Positions 49,786 through 59,635 of a stretch of DNA of 64,000 nt are shown one piece after another (positions within the stretch are counted from its first letter, which is position 1; each line of letters begins with the position of its first letter). The DNA comes from Verrucomicrobiota bacterium (lineage in GTDB: Bacteria > Verrucomicrobiota > Verrucomicrobiia > Limisphaerales > AAA164-E04). The stretch lies in contig CP170459.1 of assembly GCA_047947115.1 (NCBI GenBank), positions 4,736,001-4,800,000 of the forward strand, given 5' to 3'. A program made the translations under genes and the position numbers. Under the pieces are notes generated by a model. It did no database searches. It saw only the letters and a program-made list of their open reading frames with translations, and was not told the origin of the DNA.

Positions 49786-52700
49786 ATGAATAGCCGAAAG
49801 TTTCATTTGATCGTCAGCATCATGCTGACCATTGGTTTCGTCACGGGCTTCTCGACCGCGGCGCAAGGAGCCGAAGCCAGGCTCAAGGCCCTGTTGGTGG
49901 CCGGCGGATGCTGCCACGACTACACCCATCAACACGAAGTGCTCGTCAAAGGCATCCAGGAAAGAGCCAATGTACAGGTCGATGTCGTCTGGACCGATGA
50001 TCGCTCCACCACCCCGCCTCTGCCGCTTTACAACGATCCGAATTGGGCGGACGGTTACGACGTCGTCATTCACGATGAATGCGCCGCGGGAAATGCCGAT
50101 CTGGAAGTCATGCACAATATCCTGCGAACGCATCAGGTCATCCCTGCCGTTCATCTCCACTGCGCGATGCACAGTTTCAGGAACGGCACCGATCTTTGGT
50201 TCAAACACCTCGGCCTTCAATCCTCAAGTCATGGCCCCCAGGTTCCCATTGACATTCATTTCACGGACACGGCTCACCCCATCACCGCCACACTCAAGGA
50301 TTGGACAACCATTCGGGAAGAACTTTACAACAATGTCAAACTGTTCGACGCCCACCCGCTCGCATCCGGCAAGCAGGTCATTCGCAGGGATGGAAATGAA
50401 CGTGTCGCCGAAGCAGTCGTGGCATGGATCAATGAAAAGCAAGGAGCCCGCAGTTTCAGCACCACCATCGGACATAACACGGAAACAGTGGCCGACCCGC
50501 GCTATCTGGAATTGATCACCCGTGGATTGCTCTGGGCATGCGATCAACTCAACACCGAACACCTGACACCTTACTCAGGCAAAAACAAGGTCACCTTTGT
50601 CGAGGCCAAACCCAAGCCCCAGGCAGCAACAGCCCCCCAACCCGGCGGAAACGCCCCCAAGGACGCCACATTGGTCCAAGTCACGGCCAGCAGCACACAG
50701 GATCAACGCTGGACCTGGATGGCTATTGACGGCAACAAGGAGACCCGTTGGTGCGCCAGCGGCGCGGAAACACCCCAGTGGCTTCAACTTGAATTCGAAA
50801 ACCCACAGGAAATCTCCGGAGTGGACATCGTCTGGGAAAGCCAGACCAACGCTTACGGATACAAACTGGAATCCTCCATGGATGGCAAGACCTGGACTTC
50901 ATTGTTTGACGCCACCAACAATGTCAAACGAGGCAAAACCCAAGCCACTTTCCCCGCAAAAACCATGCGATTCCTCAAACTGACCGGCACCCGCACCATC
51001 GGCGGTGGATGGATCAGTCTCTGGGAACTCTCAGTCAAGGGAAAAGACATCAAATCCCTCTTTCCAAAACTTGACAGCAACGAACAAAAAACCGCCGTGG
51101 CCGCCCGGCAAACCGCGGAGGATCCACTCGCAAAAGGAGGCAACATCACACCGAAAATTGCTGCGCTGAACAGTGCGGAAGTGGAAAGCATCATGAAAGA
51201 CGTCAAAGTGCCTGAAGGATTTGACGTCACCTTGTTCGCATCCTCCGCCACAGCCAATTATCCGGTATATGTCGCCGCCTCCCCCGATGGAGACCTTTAC
51301 GTCAGCAGCGACGGGAATGGTTCGCTCGGACGCAACCCGCATCGTGGCCGTGTGCTGCGCCTTCGAGATTCCAACAACGACGGAAAGGCCGATGAAGTCA
51401 AAGAATTCATCAAGGACATCGATTCCCCCCGAGGTTTGATTTGGGATCAGGATCGACTGTATCTACTCCACCCACCCCATATCAGCGTCTTTTATGACCG
51501 GGACGGAGACGGCATTTCGGAAGATTCCAAACGGCTTGTTTCCGGCATCGCGTTCGATTTCGATCAACGTCCTCCCGATCACACCACCAACGGTCTGGAA
51601 CTGGGAATCGACGGCTGGATCTATATCGCAGGCGGTGACTTCGGGTTCATGAATGCCGAGGGAACCGATGGCCGCAAACTCCAACATCGAGGTGGTGGCG
51701 TCATTCGTTTTCGTCCGGACGGCACCGGGCTCCAACTCTTCGCAACAGGCACACGCAACATTCTCGGCACCCCGATGAGTCCCCTGCTGGACATGTTTGC
51801 CCGGGACAACACCAATGACGGAGGAGGCTGGGACGTCCGGCTGCATCACTTCACCGGTCTGGAAGACCACGGCTATCCCCGCCTTTATAAAAACTTTGGA
51901 GAAGAACACATTCAACCACTCGCCGATTATGGCGGAGGATCCGGTTGTGGTTCGGTTTATATCCATGAACCTGGCTTTCCGGCTGAATGGGCCAATGCAC
52001 CCTTCACCTGTGATTGGGGACGTGCGGCCACCTTCCACCACAGCGTCGAACGACGTGGAGCTACTTTTGTGGAAACATCCGCGCCAAAACCCTTCATCCA
52101 GGTCACAAGACCAACCGACGCCGATGTGGACGGCATGAGCCGGGTATATCAAGCCAGTTGGAAAGGCCCTGCCACCTTCAATTGGGCGGGACCGGATCAT
52201 GGCTATATCGTTCGCGTCACACCGAAAGGCTACAACCCGGAACCTCTCCCCGTGTTTGACCATTTGACGGATGCGGCACTGATCAAACTGCTGGAATCCC
52301 CCAGTCACATCCGCACGCTCGCCGCCCAGCGCACACTGCTGAGGCGTGACCCGACTCCCGACACAACCGGGGCACTCCTGCAACTCGCGGCAAACCGTTC
52401 GAAAGACCTTGGCGCAAGGATCGCGGCACTTTACGCCGTCACCCAACGAGGCATCGACAGCCGCCTCAGTGCGGAGGTCATTGAACAGGTCAAGCCACTC
52501 ATTCAGGACACAACCCTGCAGGCGTTCGTGTTGCGGGCTTTGGGTGATATGGGGCTGAACCTCAGAACACAGGGCGTCAGCGGCCCGGTGGAAGCGGCTG
52601 TATTTGAAACGGGCATGGACAGTGACGATCCCCGCACACGTCTCGAAGCCATCATCGCGGCGACACATCAGGGTCGCTTGAATACAGCCGGCCTGATCGC

Positions 52701-54255
52701 CGCAAGTCTGGGGCATGAAGATGGCGTCATTGCCCACACCGCATTTCGATCATTGGCCGAACTGGGTGCCAGTGAAGCATGTTTTGCTGTTTTGGATTCG
52801 GCATCATCGAGCAACGCCCAGAAGCAAGGTGCTTCCTTTGCTCTCATGCGCATGCATGAATCAGATGTGGTTGAGGGCCTCATTTCACGTCTGCAGGATC
52901 CGGGTAAAATATCCATCAAACCTCACCTGCTATCCGCGCTCTGCCGACTCTACCATCAGGAAGCTGAATGGAAGGGTGACAGTTGGGGAACGAGACCTGA
53001 CACCCGCGGCCCCTATTACCAATTGGACACCTGGGGACAATCAGAGCGTATCCTTGAAGCGCTCAAGCAGGAACTTGCCTCTGCCGGGCCAGAGCAAGCG
53101 GCATTACTGATCAGCGAAATGAATCGCAATCGCATTCAATCCAACGAAGCACTGGAACGCATCATTGATCTGGCAACGGAAGACGCATCACATGTCGGCG
53201 CGGCAGTATCTCAACTAGCGGCTATTGATGACATCCCGGCAAAAGCGGTGCCACTGTTGATCAAGGCAGCTAATAATCCATTGGCTTCACCCGCCGTCTT
53301 GTCACAAAGCATCGCCGGACTGGCAAAGACCCGTCACTCCTCCGCACTGAACGCCATGCTGACCGCCATGAGCACCCTCCAGAATGCCGAAGGTTCCGAC
53401 AAGGAACAAGCGGCGGGTCGCAGCGCCTTTCTGGGAAGCGCCCTGCTGGTTGATCAACATGAACAACTGGAAAAACTGGCCGCCGAAGACCTGAAATCAC
53501 CCGCTGCAAAGTGGGCCAACGCAGGATTGCTGGCTCTGGCGGAACGTAAGAACATCGGACCTGAAATTACGACACACGTGCGCAAAGCAATCGACCTGGG
53601 CTGGCAGGAAGCGGACCGGCGCGTTCTGCTCATGAATACGGCGGCGCTCCTGCGCAACCACTATCTGGATGCACGCATTCAGGCCTCGATGAACGATTTT
53701 GATCCGGACATCGCCGATGCCGCCAAATCAGCCGCCAGACGCTTGCGCATCCCTGCCCCCGGCGAAGACAACACATCAAAAATCGGAGATCTCACTCCCG
53801 AAAAAGCGCTCGAACAGGTTGCTTCTTTCAAAGGCGATATCGCTCTCGGGGAAGCTGTCTTTTTACGCGCGGCCTGTGCAACCTGCCACACGGTGAGTCA
53901 GGATCAGAAACAAAAAGGCCCCTACCTTGGCAACATCGCCAACACTTATCGTCGCAATGACCTGGCCCTATCCATTCTGGATCCCAACAAGACCATCGCC
54001 CAGGGATTTGCCACCAATTTTCTGCACCTGAAGGATGGACGGGAACTGACCGGATTCGTCGTGAACGAAGCCGGGGACCAGGTGGTTTTAAGGGATATAC
54101 TCGCCCAGGAACACAACATCGAAAAGCGTGACATCCAAGAACGCAGAACACTCGAAACATCCATCATGCCCGAAGGACTGATGGCGGGATTTTCCGTCAA
54201 AGAAATGGCCAGCCTTCTCGATTACCTGGAGAACCTTTCGAGTGATGATGAGTAA
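49786..54255 (+). CDS. ThuA-like + F5/8 type C + PVC-type heme-binding dehydrogenase-like protein
   Basis: GGCCHDY, LHCAMHSF, TTIGHN; AIDGNKETRWCA..WLQLEF; DHTTNG; CATCH, KGPYL. Confidence 0.8.
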   Translation: MNSRKFHLIVSIMLTIGFVTGFSTAAQGAEARLKALLVAGGCCHDYTHQHEVLVKGIQERANVQVDVVWTDDRSTTPPLPLYNDPNWADGYDVVIHDECAAGNADLEVMHNILRTHQVIPAVHLHCAMHSFRNGTDLWFKHLGLQSSSHGPQVPIDIHFTDTAHPITATLKDWTTIREELYNNVKLFDAHPLASGKQVIRRDGNERVAEAVVAWINEKQGARSFSTTIGHNTETVADPRYLELITRGLLWACDQLNTEHLTPYSGKNKVTFVEAKPKPQAATAPQPGGNAPKDATLVQVTASSTQDQRWTWMAIDGNKETRWCASGAETPQWLQLEFENPQEISGVDIVWESQTNAYGYKLESSMDGKTWTSLFDATNNVKRGKTQATFPAKTMRFLKLTGTRTIGGGWISLWELSVKGKDIKSLFPKLDSNEQKTAVAARQTAEDPLAKGGNITPKIAALNSAEVESIMKDVKVPEGFDVTLFASSATANYPVYVAASPDGDLYVSSDGNGSLGRNPHRGRVLRLRDSNNDGKADEVKEFIKDIDSPRGLIWDQDRLYLLHPPHISVFYDRDGDGISEDSKRLVSGIAFDFDQRPPDHTTNGLELGIDGWIYIAGGDFGFMNAEGTDGRKLQHRGGGVIRFRPDGTGLQLFATGTRNILGTPMSPLLDMFARDNTNDGGGWDVRLHHFTGLEDHGYPRLYKNFGEEHIQPLADYGGGSGCGSVYIHEPGFPAEWANAPFTCDWGRAATFHHSVERRGATFVETSAPKPFIQVTRPTDADVDGMSRVYQASWKGPATFNWAGPDHGYIVRVTPKGYNPEPLPVFDHLTDAALIKLLESPSHIRTLAAQRTLLRRDPTPDTTGALLQLAANRSKDLGARIAALYAVTQRGIDSRLSAEVIEQVKPLIQDTTLQAFVLRALGDMGLNLRTQGVSGPVEAAVFETGMDSDDPRTRLEAIIAATHQGRLNTAGLIAASLGHEDGVIAHTAFRSLAELGASEACFAVLDSASSSNAQKQGASFALMRMHESDVVEGLISRLQDPGKISIKPHLLSALCRLYHQEAEWKGDSWGTRPDTRGPYYQLDTWGQSERILEALKQELASAGPEQAALLISEMNRNRIQSNEALERIIDLATEDASHVGAAVSQLAAIDDIPAKAVPLLIKAANNPLASPAVLSQSIAGLAKTRHSSALNAMLTAMSTLQNAEGSDKEQAAGRSAFLGSALLVDQHEQLEKLAAEDLKSPAAKWANAGLLALAERKNIGPEITTHVRKAIDLGWQEADRRVLLMNTAALLRNHYLDARIQASMNDFDPDIADAAKSAARRLRIPAPGEDNTSKIGDLTPEKALEQVASFKGDIALGEAVFLRAACATCHTVSQDQKQKGPYLGNIANTYRRNDLALSILDPNKTIAQGFATNFLHLKDGRELTGFVVNEAGDQVVLRDILAQEHNIEKRDIQERRTLETSIMPEGLMAGFSVKEMASLLDYLENLSSDDE

Positions 54256-54426
54256 TTCGATGCAAAGGCATTCAACAAAACTGGTGGATCGGATCGCCAG
54301 GAAGTACCCACAAGCTATCGCGATGCGGATGTTTGGTGGTCATCTCTGAGGTTTTCCTTTGGATGGCAGTTTTGAACAGGTATGCCATGAGGGCGCGGCG
54401 GGACGCCACGGTCTACCTGTTTGCAT

Positions 54427-54858
54427 TCAGATCATCTTTTTCAGGCATGCTTCCAGGGCGAGGTGGTAGGAATCTTCACCAAACCCGGCGATCTGCCCGA
54501 TGCATACGGGGGCAATCATGGATTGATGGCGAAAGGATTCACGGGCATGGATGTTGGATAAATGAATTTCAATGGTCGGCACCTCGGCAGCTGAAATGGC
54601 ATCTCTCAATGCGATGCTGGTGTGTGTATAAGCCCCGGCATTCAACACTATGAAATCAAATTGACCACGCGCATCCTGAATCCAGGTCACCAATTCCCCT
54701 TCATGATTGGATTGCCTGAAATTAATCTCCACACCTGCGGCTTTTGCGCGTTCACGCAGGGTGTCACCAATGTCGCCCAATGACTTGGAACCGTAGATCC
54801 CCGGCTCCCTCAAACCGAGCATGTTCAGGTTCGGTCCATTCAGGAATAAAATTCGCAT
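54427..54858 (-). CDS. aroQ: Type II 3-dehydroquinate dehydratase
   Basis: LNGPNLNMLGLREPGIYG, QSNHEG, HTSIALRDA, EIHLSNIHARE. Confidence 0.96.
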   Translation of the reverse strand: MRILFLNGPNLNMLGLREPGIYGSKSLGDIGDTLRERAKAAGVEINFRQSNHEGELVTWIQDARGQFDFIVLNAGAYTHTSIALRDAISAAEVPTIEIHLSNIHARESFRHQSMIAPVCIGQIAGFGEDSYHLALEACLKKMI

Positions 54859-54902
54859 GTCAGCTAATTACCCCAAAACCTGGCGTCTGTCGATCTTGGA
54901 AA

Positions 54903-56396
54903 TCAACGGGACGCCAAATCGTCCGTGCTGGAATCGTTGGGCGGCAGCGTCCATTTGGACTTACCATTCAAATCAAAGGCCTGTAATGCACCATCAAACG
55001 TTCCCACCACCAGACTCTTCTGGCTCTCCCAATAAATGAGACAGGAAAGCGGTTGCTTGGTGCGGGCCATCACTTTTTCATTACCTGTATTGGATGATTG
55101 AGCCCCGCTATGTTCCTGCAAGTCGAGGTAGCGGTAAAGATCGCCCTTTTGGTTGATGGCAAACAACTGCGATTTTTCGGGCTCCCAGCAAACATCCAGA
55201 AAGCTGTATTGAGGCCGTCGCCCCAAATCAAACAGACGCTCCCTGGACTTCATATCCCATACCTTCAGAGAATTGTCGGAACCGGCTGATATCAACAATG
55301 AACCTTCACCATTCAACACGAGTGCCATGACGGGTGCGCTGTGCCCCTCCAGCCAATCCTGTTCGATTCCCGAATCAGATTCCCAGAGGCGCACCGTATG
55401 GTCCGCGGATGCCGTCATCCAGTAGCTGCCGTCAAGGGATTCCTGTATATCAAACACTTCATCGGCATGGGCTTTCCAGGATCGTTCAGGCGTTTCATTG
55501 AAATCGGTATAGACATGCACATTTCCATACAATCCGGGAATCCCTTCGGCAACCAACATGCGGGAACCGTCTTGTGTGAACGTGATGGCGTTGATCTGAC
55601 CTTTCAAAGGTCCGGACCATTCCCGAACAACCTCGCGTGTCTCCGCGTCCCAAACCACCAATCGCCCGAAGCCTCCGGAAACCCATTGTGTTCCATCAGG
55701 GGTCACCGCGATCGCTCGAACGGATTCTTTGTGCACTGCGGGTAATCGAACTTGCTCCGGCTTGCCCTCCAGCATGCGGGTCTCCACCAACGCTGAACCC
55801 TGAGACGAAAGCAACCTATCCTTGATATCGTTGGCCGCCATGGCCAGGACGGGGCGGTAGCTTTCCGGCAGTGCCCGAATCCGCCACTCTCGAGGACGGA
55901 CTTCGGGTGTTTGAAGCAGTGTTTCCGCATCCCAGGGCATTCCGGATTCAATCCAGTTCGTCAATAGTGCAATACTTGTCTCTTCCAACTGCTTCTTGGG
56001 AGGCATGTGCGAGTCTCCCGGATCGGTCAGCGTCTCGATCAGATAACTTTCCTCCGGTTTGCCATCCACCACCACCAATCCCGAATCACTCCCACGCAGG
56101 AGAGCCTCCCGGGTGTCCATGATCAACCCTCCCTTTGACTTTTCGGCATTGTGGCAGGAAAGACAGGAATCTCTCAACACCGACATGGCGTTCCTGGTCA
56201 AATCTGATGCCGGCTCGGCGGCTTCACCAGAAATCACCCCACAGCATAACAAGAAACCAAGCACACACCAAAATCCAACCGCTAATCTGGAGTGCTTAGG
56301 CTCGACGGAGCGTTGGATTCCATCCGCACACACAACAAACGCCCCTGATCCACAAGGAATTCCTGCCTGAAATGAAAAGTCGATGCTATTCATCAT
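54903..56396 (-). CDS. Planctomycete cytochrome c domain + WD40 repeat protein (start uncertain)
   Basis: CLSCH, KGGLIMD, HMPPK, WIESG, followed by WD40 repeats. Confidence 0.78.
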   Translation of the reverse strand: MMNSIDFSFQAGIPCGSGAFVVCADGIQRSVEPKHSRLAVGFWCVLGFLLCCGVISGEAAEPASDLTRNAMSVLRDSCLSCHNAEKSKGGLIMDTREALLRGSDSGLVVVDGKPEESYLIETLTDPGDSHMPPKKQLEETSIALLTNWIESGMPWDAETLLQTPEVRPREWRIRALPESYRPVLAMAANDIKDRLLSSQGSALVETRMLEGKPEQVRLPAVHKESVRAIAVTPDGTQWVSGGFGRLVVWDAETREVVREWSGPLKGQINAITFTQDGSRMLVAEGIPGLYGNVHVYTDFNETPERSWKAHADEVFDIQESLDGSYWMTASADHTVRLWESDSGIEQDWLEGHSAPVMALVLNGEGSLLISAGSDNSLKVWDMKSRERLFDLGRRPQYSFLDVCWEPEKSQLFAINQKGDLYRYLDLQEHSGAQSSNTGNEKVMARTKQPLSCLIYWESQKSLVVGTFDGALQAFDLNGKSKWTLPPNDSSTDDLASR

Positions 56397-56652
56397 GTGG
56401 TCCGATCGAATGAACCGGCATGAGGATTCCCCCCCATTAGCGCTATTCTTTGCCACAGCATGCTGGATGCGTCCTTTCACATTGAAATAGCCCAGGATCC
56501 TTGACCGGAATATCGAACCAAACGCCCGCATTATGTTCGCTGTTGAAGTCGCTCATGATGCTGAAACTTTAGGGACTCGATGCCACACATTCAATGTCTA
56601 AAACCGAGAGACCGTTTGAGTCACTCACTCGCACACGTGATTCAGAAACACT

Positions 56653-57801
56653 TCATCCCGGGCGCACTGCATCGAGTATTGTGTCGGCCATCATGTCCAA
56701 CTGTCCCACCCAAACTTCACGCCAGGCATCGGGCATGAACATCCAGACAACGGCTGCCAGTGCAATGTAGGGACCATAGGGAAGTCGACTGGACCAGTCA
56801 CGTTTCCCGATCAGGATCAGAGACACCCCGATGGCAGCTCCGATCATCGAACTGATCATCAGGGAAAAGAAAGTGGAATGCCAACCCAGGAAAGCACCGA
56901 TCGCCCCCATGAACTTGACGTCTCCAAATCCCATGGCTTCGCGAGGCAAGGTTATGGCATGGCAAACAGCTTCCATGTGAGGCACTTCATTGGGATCGTA
57001 TGAATCGTCACCGATGACCAGTTTCTTTTGGGACAGACTCACTTTCACCCCGGCATAACAACGATCCACCAATTCAAGTCGATCCGCTTCAAATCGAATA
57101 CAATCTGATTTGCGATAAAACAATTCCTCATAAGGAACCTCTTCATCAGGCAGGACCAAGGATGTTTCCGTGAAGACCAATTTGGCGGAATCAGGAAGCG
57201 CAACATGCATCTTCCCGAACATCAGTTTTCCGAGGCGCACGATGGAATAGACCAGCAGGAACCCCACCGCCCCCCCCAAGGCACTTCGTTCAAACGCGCT
57301 CATTCGATTTGGAGCATCCTGCAATGCCGGCACGGCCACTGAAAACACCAATCCCGCACCGATACCACCGAGGGTGATTTGATCCGGTATGATGAAATGT
57401 TCAAAATCAATCAAGGTCGCCACGACAAAGCCGGAAAGAATCGTCGCATAGGCCAGCGCCAAGCCGGTGGAAACCGGTCCCATCACCCACCAAGTCACCA
57501 GAAAAAGCAAACCCGTCAACAATTCCACCGCGAAATACCGAAAACTGATGGGAGCCTTGCATTGAGCGCATCGGCCACGCAGGACCAGCCACGTGATCAG
57601 GGGCATGTTGAGATACCATGGAATCCGATATTCACAATGCGGGCAATGAGAAGGCGGATGAATCACGCTCAAATCCCGCGGCATCCGGTGAATGCACACA
57701 TTCAGAAAACTTCCCACCATACTGCCCAGAATAAACCAGGCAACCGACCAGAAATGAAACGGCACGTACTGCCAGCGTTCGGGATCAAGTAATGAAGTCA
57801 T
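56653..57801 (-). CDS. pilD: Prepilin peptidase (A24) with an inserted soluble domain
   Basis: GSFLNVCIHRMP, SHCPHC, RCAQC, IDFEHFIIPD, MGFGDVKF, LPYGPYI. Confidence 0.9.
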   Translation of the reverse strand: MTSLLDPERWQYVPFHFWSVAWFILGSMVGSFLNVCIHRMPRDLSVIHPPSHCPHCEYRIPWYLNMPLITWLVLRGRCAQCKAPISFRYFAVELLTGLLFLVTWWVMGPVSTGLALAYATILSGFVVATLIDFEHFIIPDQITLGGIGAGLVFSVAVPALQDAPNRMSAFERSALGGAVGFLLVYSIVRLGKLMFGKMHVALPDSAKLVFTETSLVLPDEEVPYEELFYRKSDCIRFEADRLELVDRCYAGVKVSLSQKKLVIGDDSYDPNEVPHMEAVCHAITLPREAMGFGDVKFMGAIGAFLGWHSTFFSLMISSMIGAAIGVSLILIGKRDWSSRLPYGPYIALAAVVWMFMPDAWREVWVGQLDMMADTILDAVRPG

Positions 57802-57821
57802 GATACAATGATTCCAACATC

Positions 57822-58766
57822 TCAATGGGCCGAAGGTTTCCCGTAAACATGAGCATGGAGCGCCTCTCTCATCACATCGGTGGGAGCCGGCCTGCCGGTC
57901 CATATTTCCAACGCAGCGGTTCCCTGATACAAAAGCATACCAAGCCCGTTGGCCGTTCGACACCCGGAAGCACGAGCCGCCTGGAGGAGTGCTGTTTCGG
58001 CGGGTTGATATATCATGTCGTAAACACTGTCGACGTTTCGCAAGTTGATCGCTTCCAGATCCAGTGGCAGATCATCACTGGTTTTCAGCCCAAGCGAAGT
58101 GGCATTCAGCAACAGATCAATGGAATCCCCATGCCTGGGATAGTCCAGGACGATGTCGACATCGGGGTATTTCGCCTGAATATCCCGGGCAACCGCTTCT
58201 GCTTTGGGCCGGGTTCGGTTGATGAGGTGAAGACGACTCACTTTGGCGGATGCCAGTTTCATGGCGGCCACCCGTCCTGCTCCACCCGCGCCCAGCAGGA
58301 CGCATTTGCTTCCCTTCAATCCCATCTCCAGATCTTCCTTGATGGATCGCAGGATTGCGTCGGCATCGGTGTTGAACCCGACACTACGAATGGACTCGAA
58401 TCCGGTTGGATCCTCCGCCTGTCCAACAGGCACCCACTCCCCGCCGCTGGTCTGTCCTTCGAAACGAATCGTATTGACCGCCCCCCATTCCCTGGCGGCG
58501 GGATCCACCTCATCCACCCAGTCCAGTGCCAACAATTTGTGAGGCACGGTCAAATTCAGTCCTACGAACCGCATGGACCGCGCGCCGGCCAGTGCCAGGT
58601 CCAATTGTTCAGGGGCTACGTCGAACGCCAGATAACGCCAATTCAACCCCATATCGGCGATACCGGCGTTCTGCATGGCAGGCGATGCGGAGTGCCGGAT
58701 CGGATGTCCGTACACGGCCGCATACAAGGTCGAGGCATTCAGATTGCTCTGTTGATTCAATGACAC
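57822..58766 (-). CDS. aroE: Shikimate dehydrogenase
   Basis: HSASPAMQN, NLTVPHK, GAVNT, NTD, LGAGGAG, NATSLG, GLGMLLYQG. Confidence 0.95.
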   Translation of the reverse strand: MSLNQQSNLNASTLYAAVYGHPIRHSASPAMQNAGIADMGLNWRYLAFDVAPEQLDLALAGARSMRFVGLNLTVPHKLLALDWVDEVDPAAREWGAVNTIRFEGQTSGGEWVPVGQAEDPTGFESIRSVGFNTDADAILRSIKEDLEMGLKGSKCVLLGAGGAGRVAAMKLASAKVSRLHLINRTRPKAEAVARDIQAKYPDVDIVLDYPRHGDSIDLLLNATSLGLKTSDDLPLDLEAINLRNVDSVYDMIYQPAETALLQAARASGCRTANGLGMLLYQGTAALEIWTGRPAPTDVMREALHAHVYGKPSAH

Positions 58767-58938
58767 AGGGGGTCTTTATAAGGGGCGTGTGGTCAAACTC
58801 AACGTTGAATTTTCAATTTGATGTCTTTGGGTGAAACCGGCATATTTCTCGAGCACCCCTTTCGCCCTGCGAAAACAGAGCCTGCCTGTCCGTGGAATGG
58901 ATCGCCTTTAAACAACGAAACGTTTGAAGGTATAAAAC

Positions 58939-59597
58939 ATGTTGGCAAAAATTGATGCGGCTTCGGTTCGTGGAATCGAAGCATTTAAAGTAGAAGTGGA
59001 AGTCCACGTCGGTTACAGCGACTCCTGTGTCGTGATCGTCGGACTTCCGGACGCCGCCGTGCGCGAATCTCGCGACCGGGTCGGATCAGCCATGTCGAAC
59101 AGCGGATACCGCTTTCCTCAAGGTCGCACCACCATCAACCTCGCACCGGCCGACCTAAAAAAAGAAGGTCCCAGCTTTGATCTCCCCATCGCAATGGGCA
59201 TCCTTGCCGCAAGCGAGCAGATGGAACCCTGTTTACTGACCCGCTACATGCTCGTGGGGGAACTGGCACTGACGGGTGCCGTTCGACCGGTAAAGGGTAT
59301 TCTGCCCATCGCTCTCCGGGCCAAAGCCGAAGGCAAACGTGGCATCATCGTGCCAAGCGAAAACGCCCACGAAGCGGCCGTGGTCCAGGGCATTGAAGTC
59401 ATCCCCGTTCAAAACCTGCGCGAAGCGGTTCATTTTTTGGAGGAAGAAGTACCCATATCCCCGTGTCGAGTGGATCTCGATTCGCTTCTGGGCAAAACCA
59501 TCGATCCCGCATTGGATTTCAGCGATGTCAAAGGCCAGGAATCCGTCAAACGAGCGCTGGAAATCGCCGCAGCCGGCGGACACAACGTATTGTTATT
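58939..59597 (+). pseudogene. comM: 5' part of comM/YifB (Mg-chelatase-like AAA+ ATPase), interrupted by an insertion
   Basis: VGLPDAAVRESRDRV, INLAPADLKKEGPSFDLPIA, DVKGQESVKRALEIAAAGGHNVLL; the expected GPPGxGK Walker A is replaced by unrelated sequence with a stop at 59641-59643. Confidence 0.92.
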
Positions 59598-59601
59598 GAG
59601 G

Positions 59602-59629
59602 TTGCAAATACCTTTTGGAGTGGTATGCT
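59602..59629 (+). promoter_or_regulatory. Candidate sigma-70 promoter of the integrase (leaderless mRNA)
   Basis: TTGCAA-16 nt-TATGCT with extended TGn; the ATG begins 7 nt after the -10 box; no SD. Confidence 0.5.
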
Positions 59630-59635
59630 TCACAA

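Noticed and set aside
57825..58763. 312-aa plus-strand ORF
   Set aside because: Antisense to the clearly conserved aroE; no motifs of its own.
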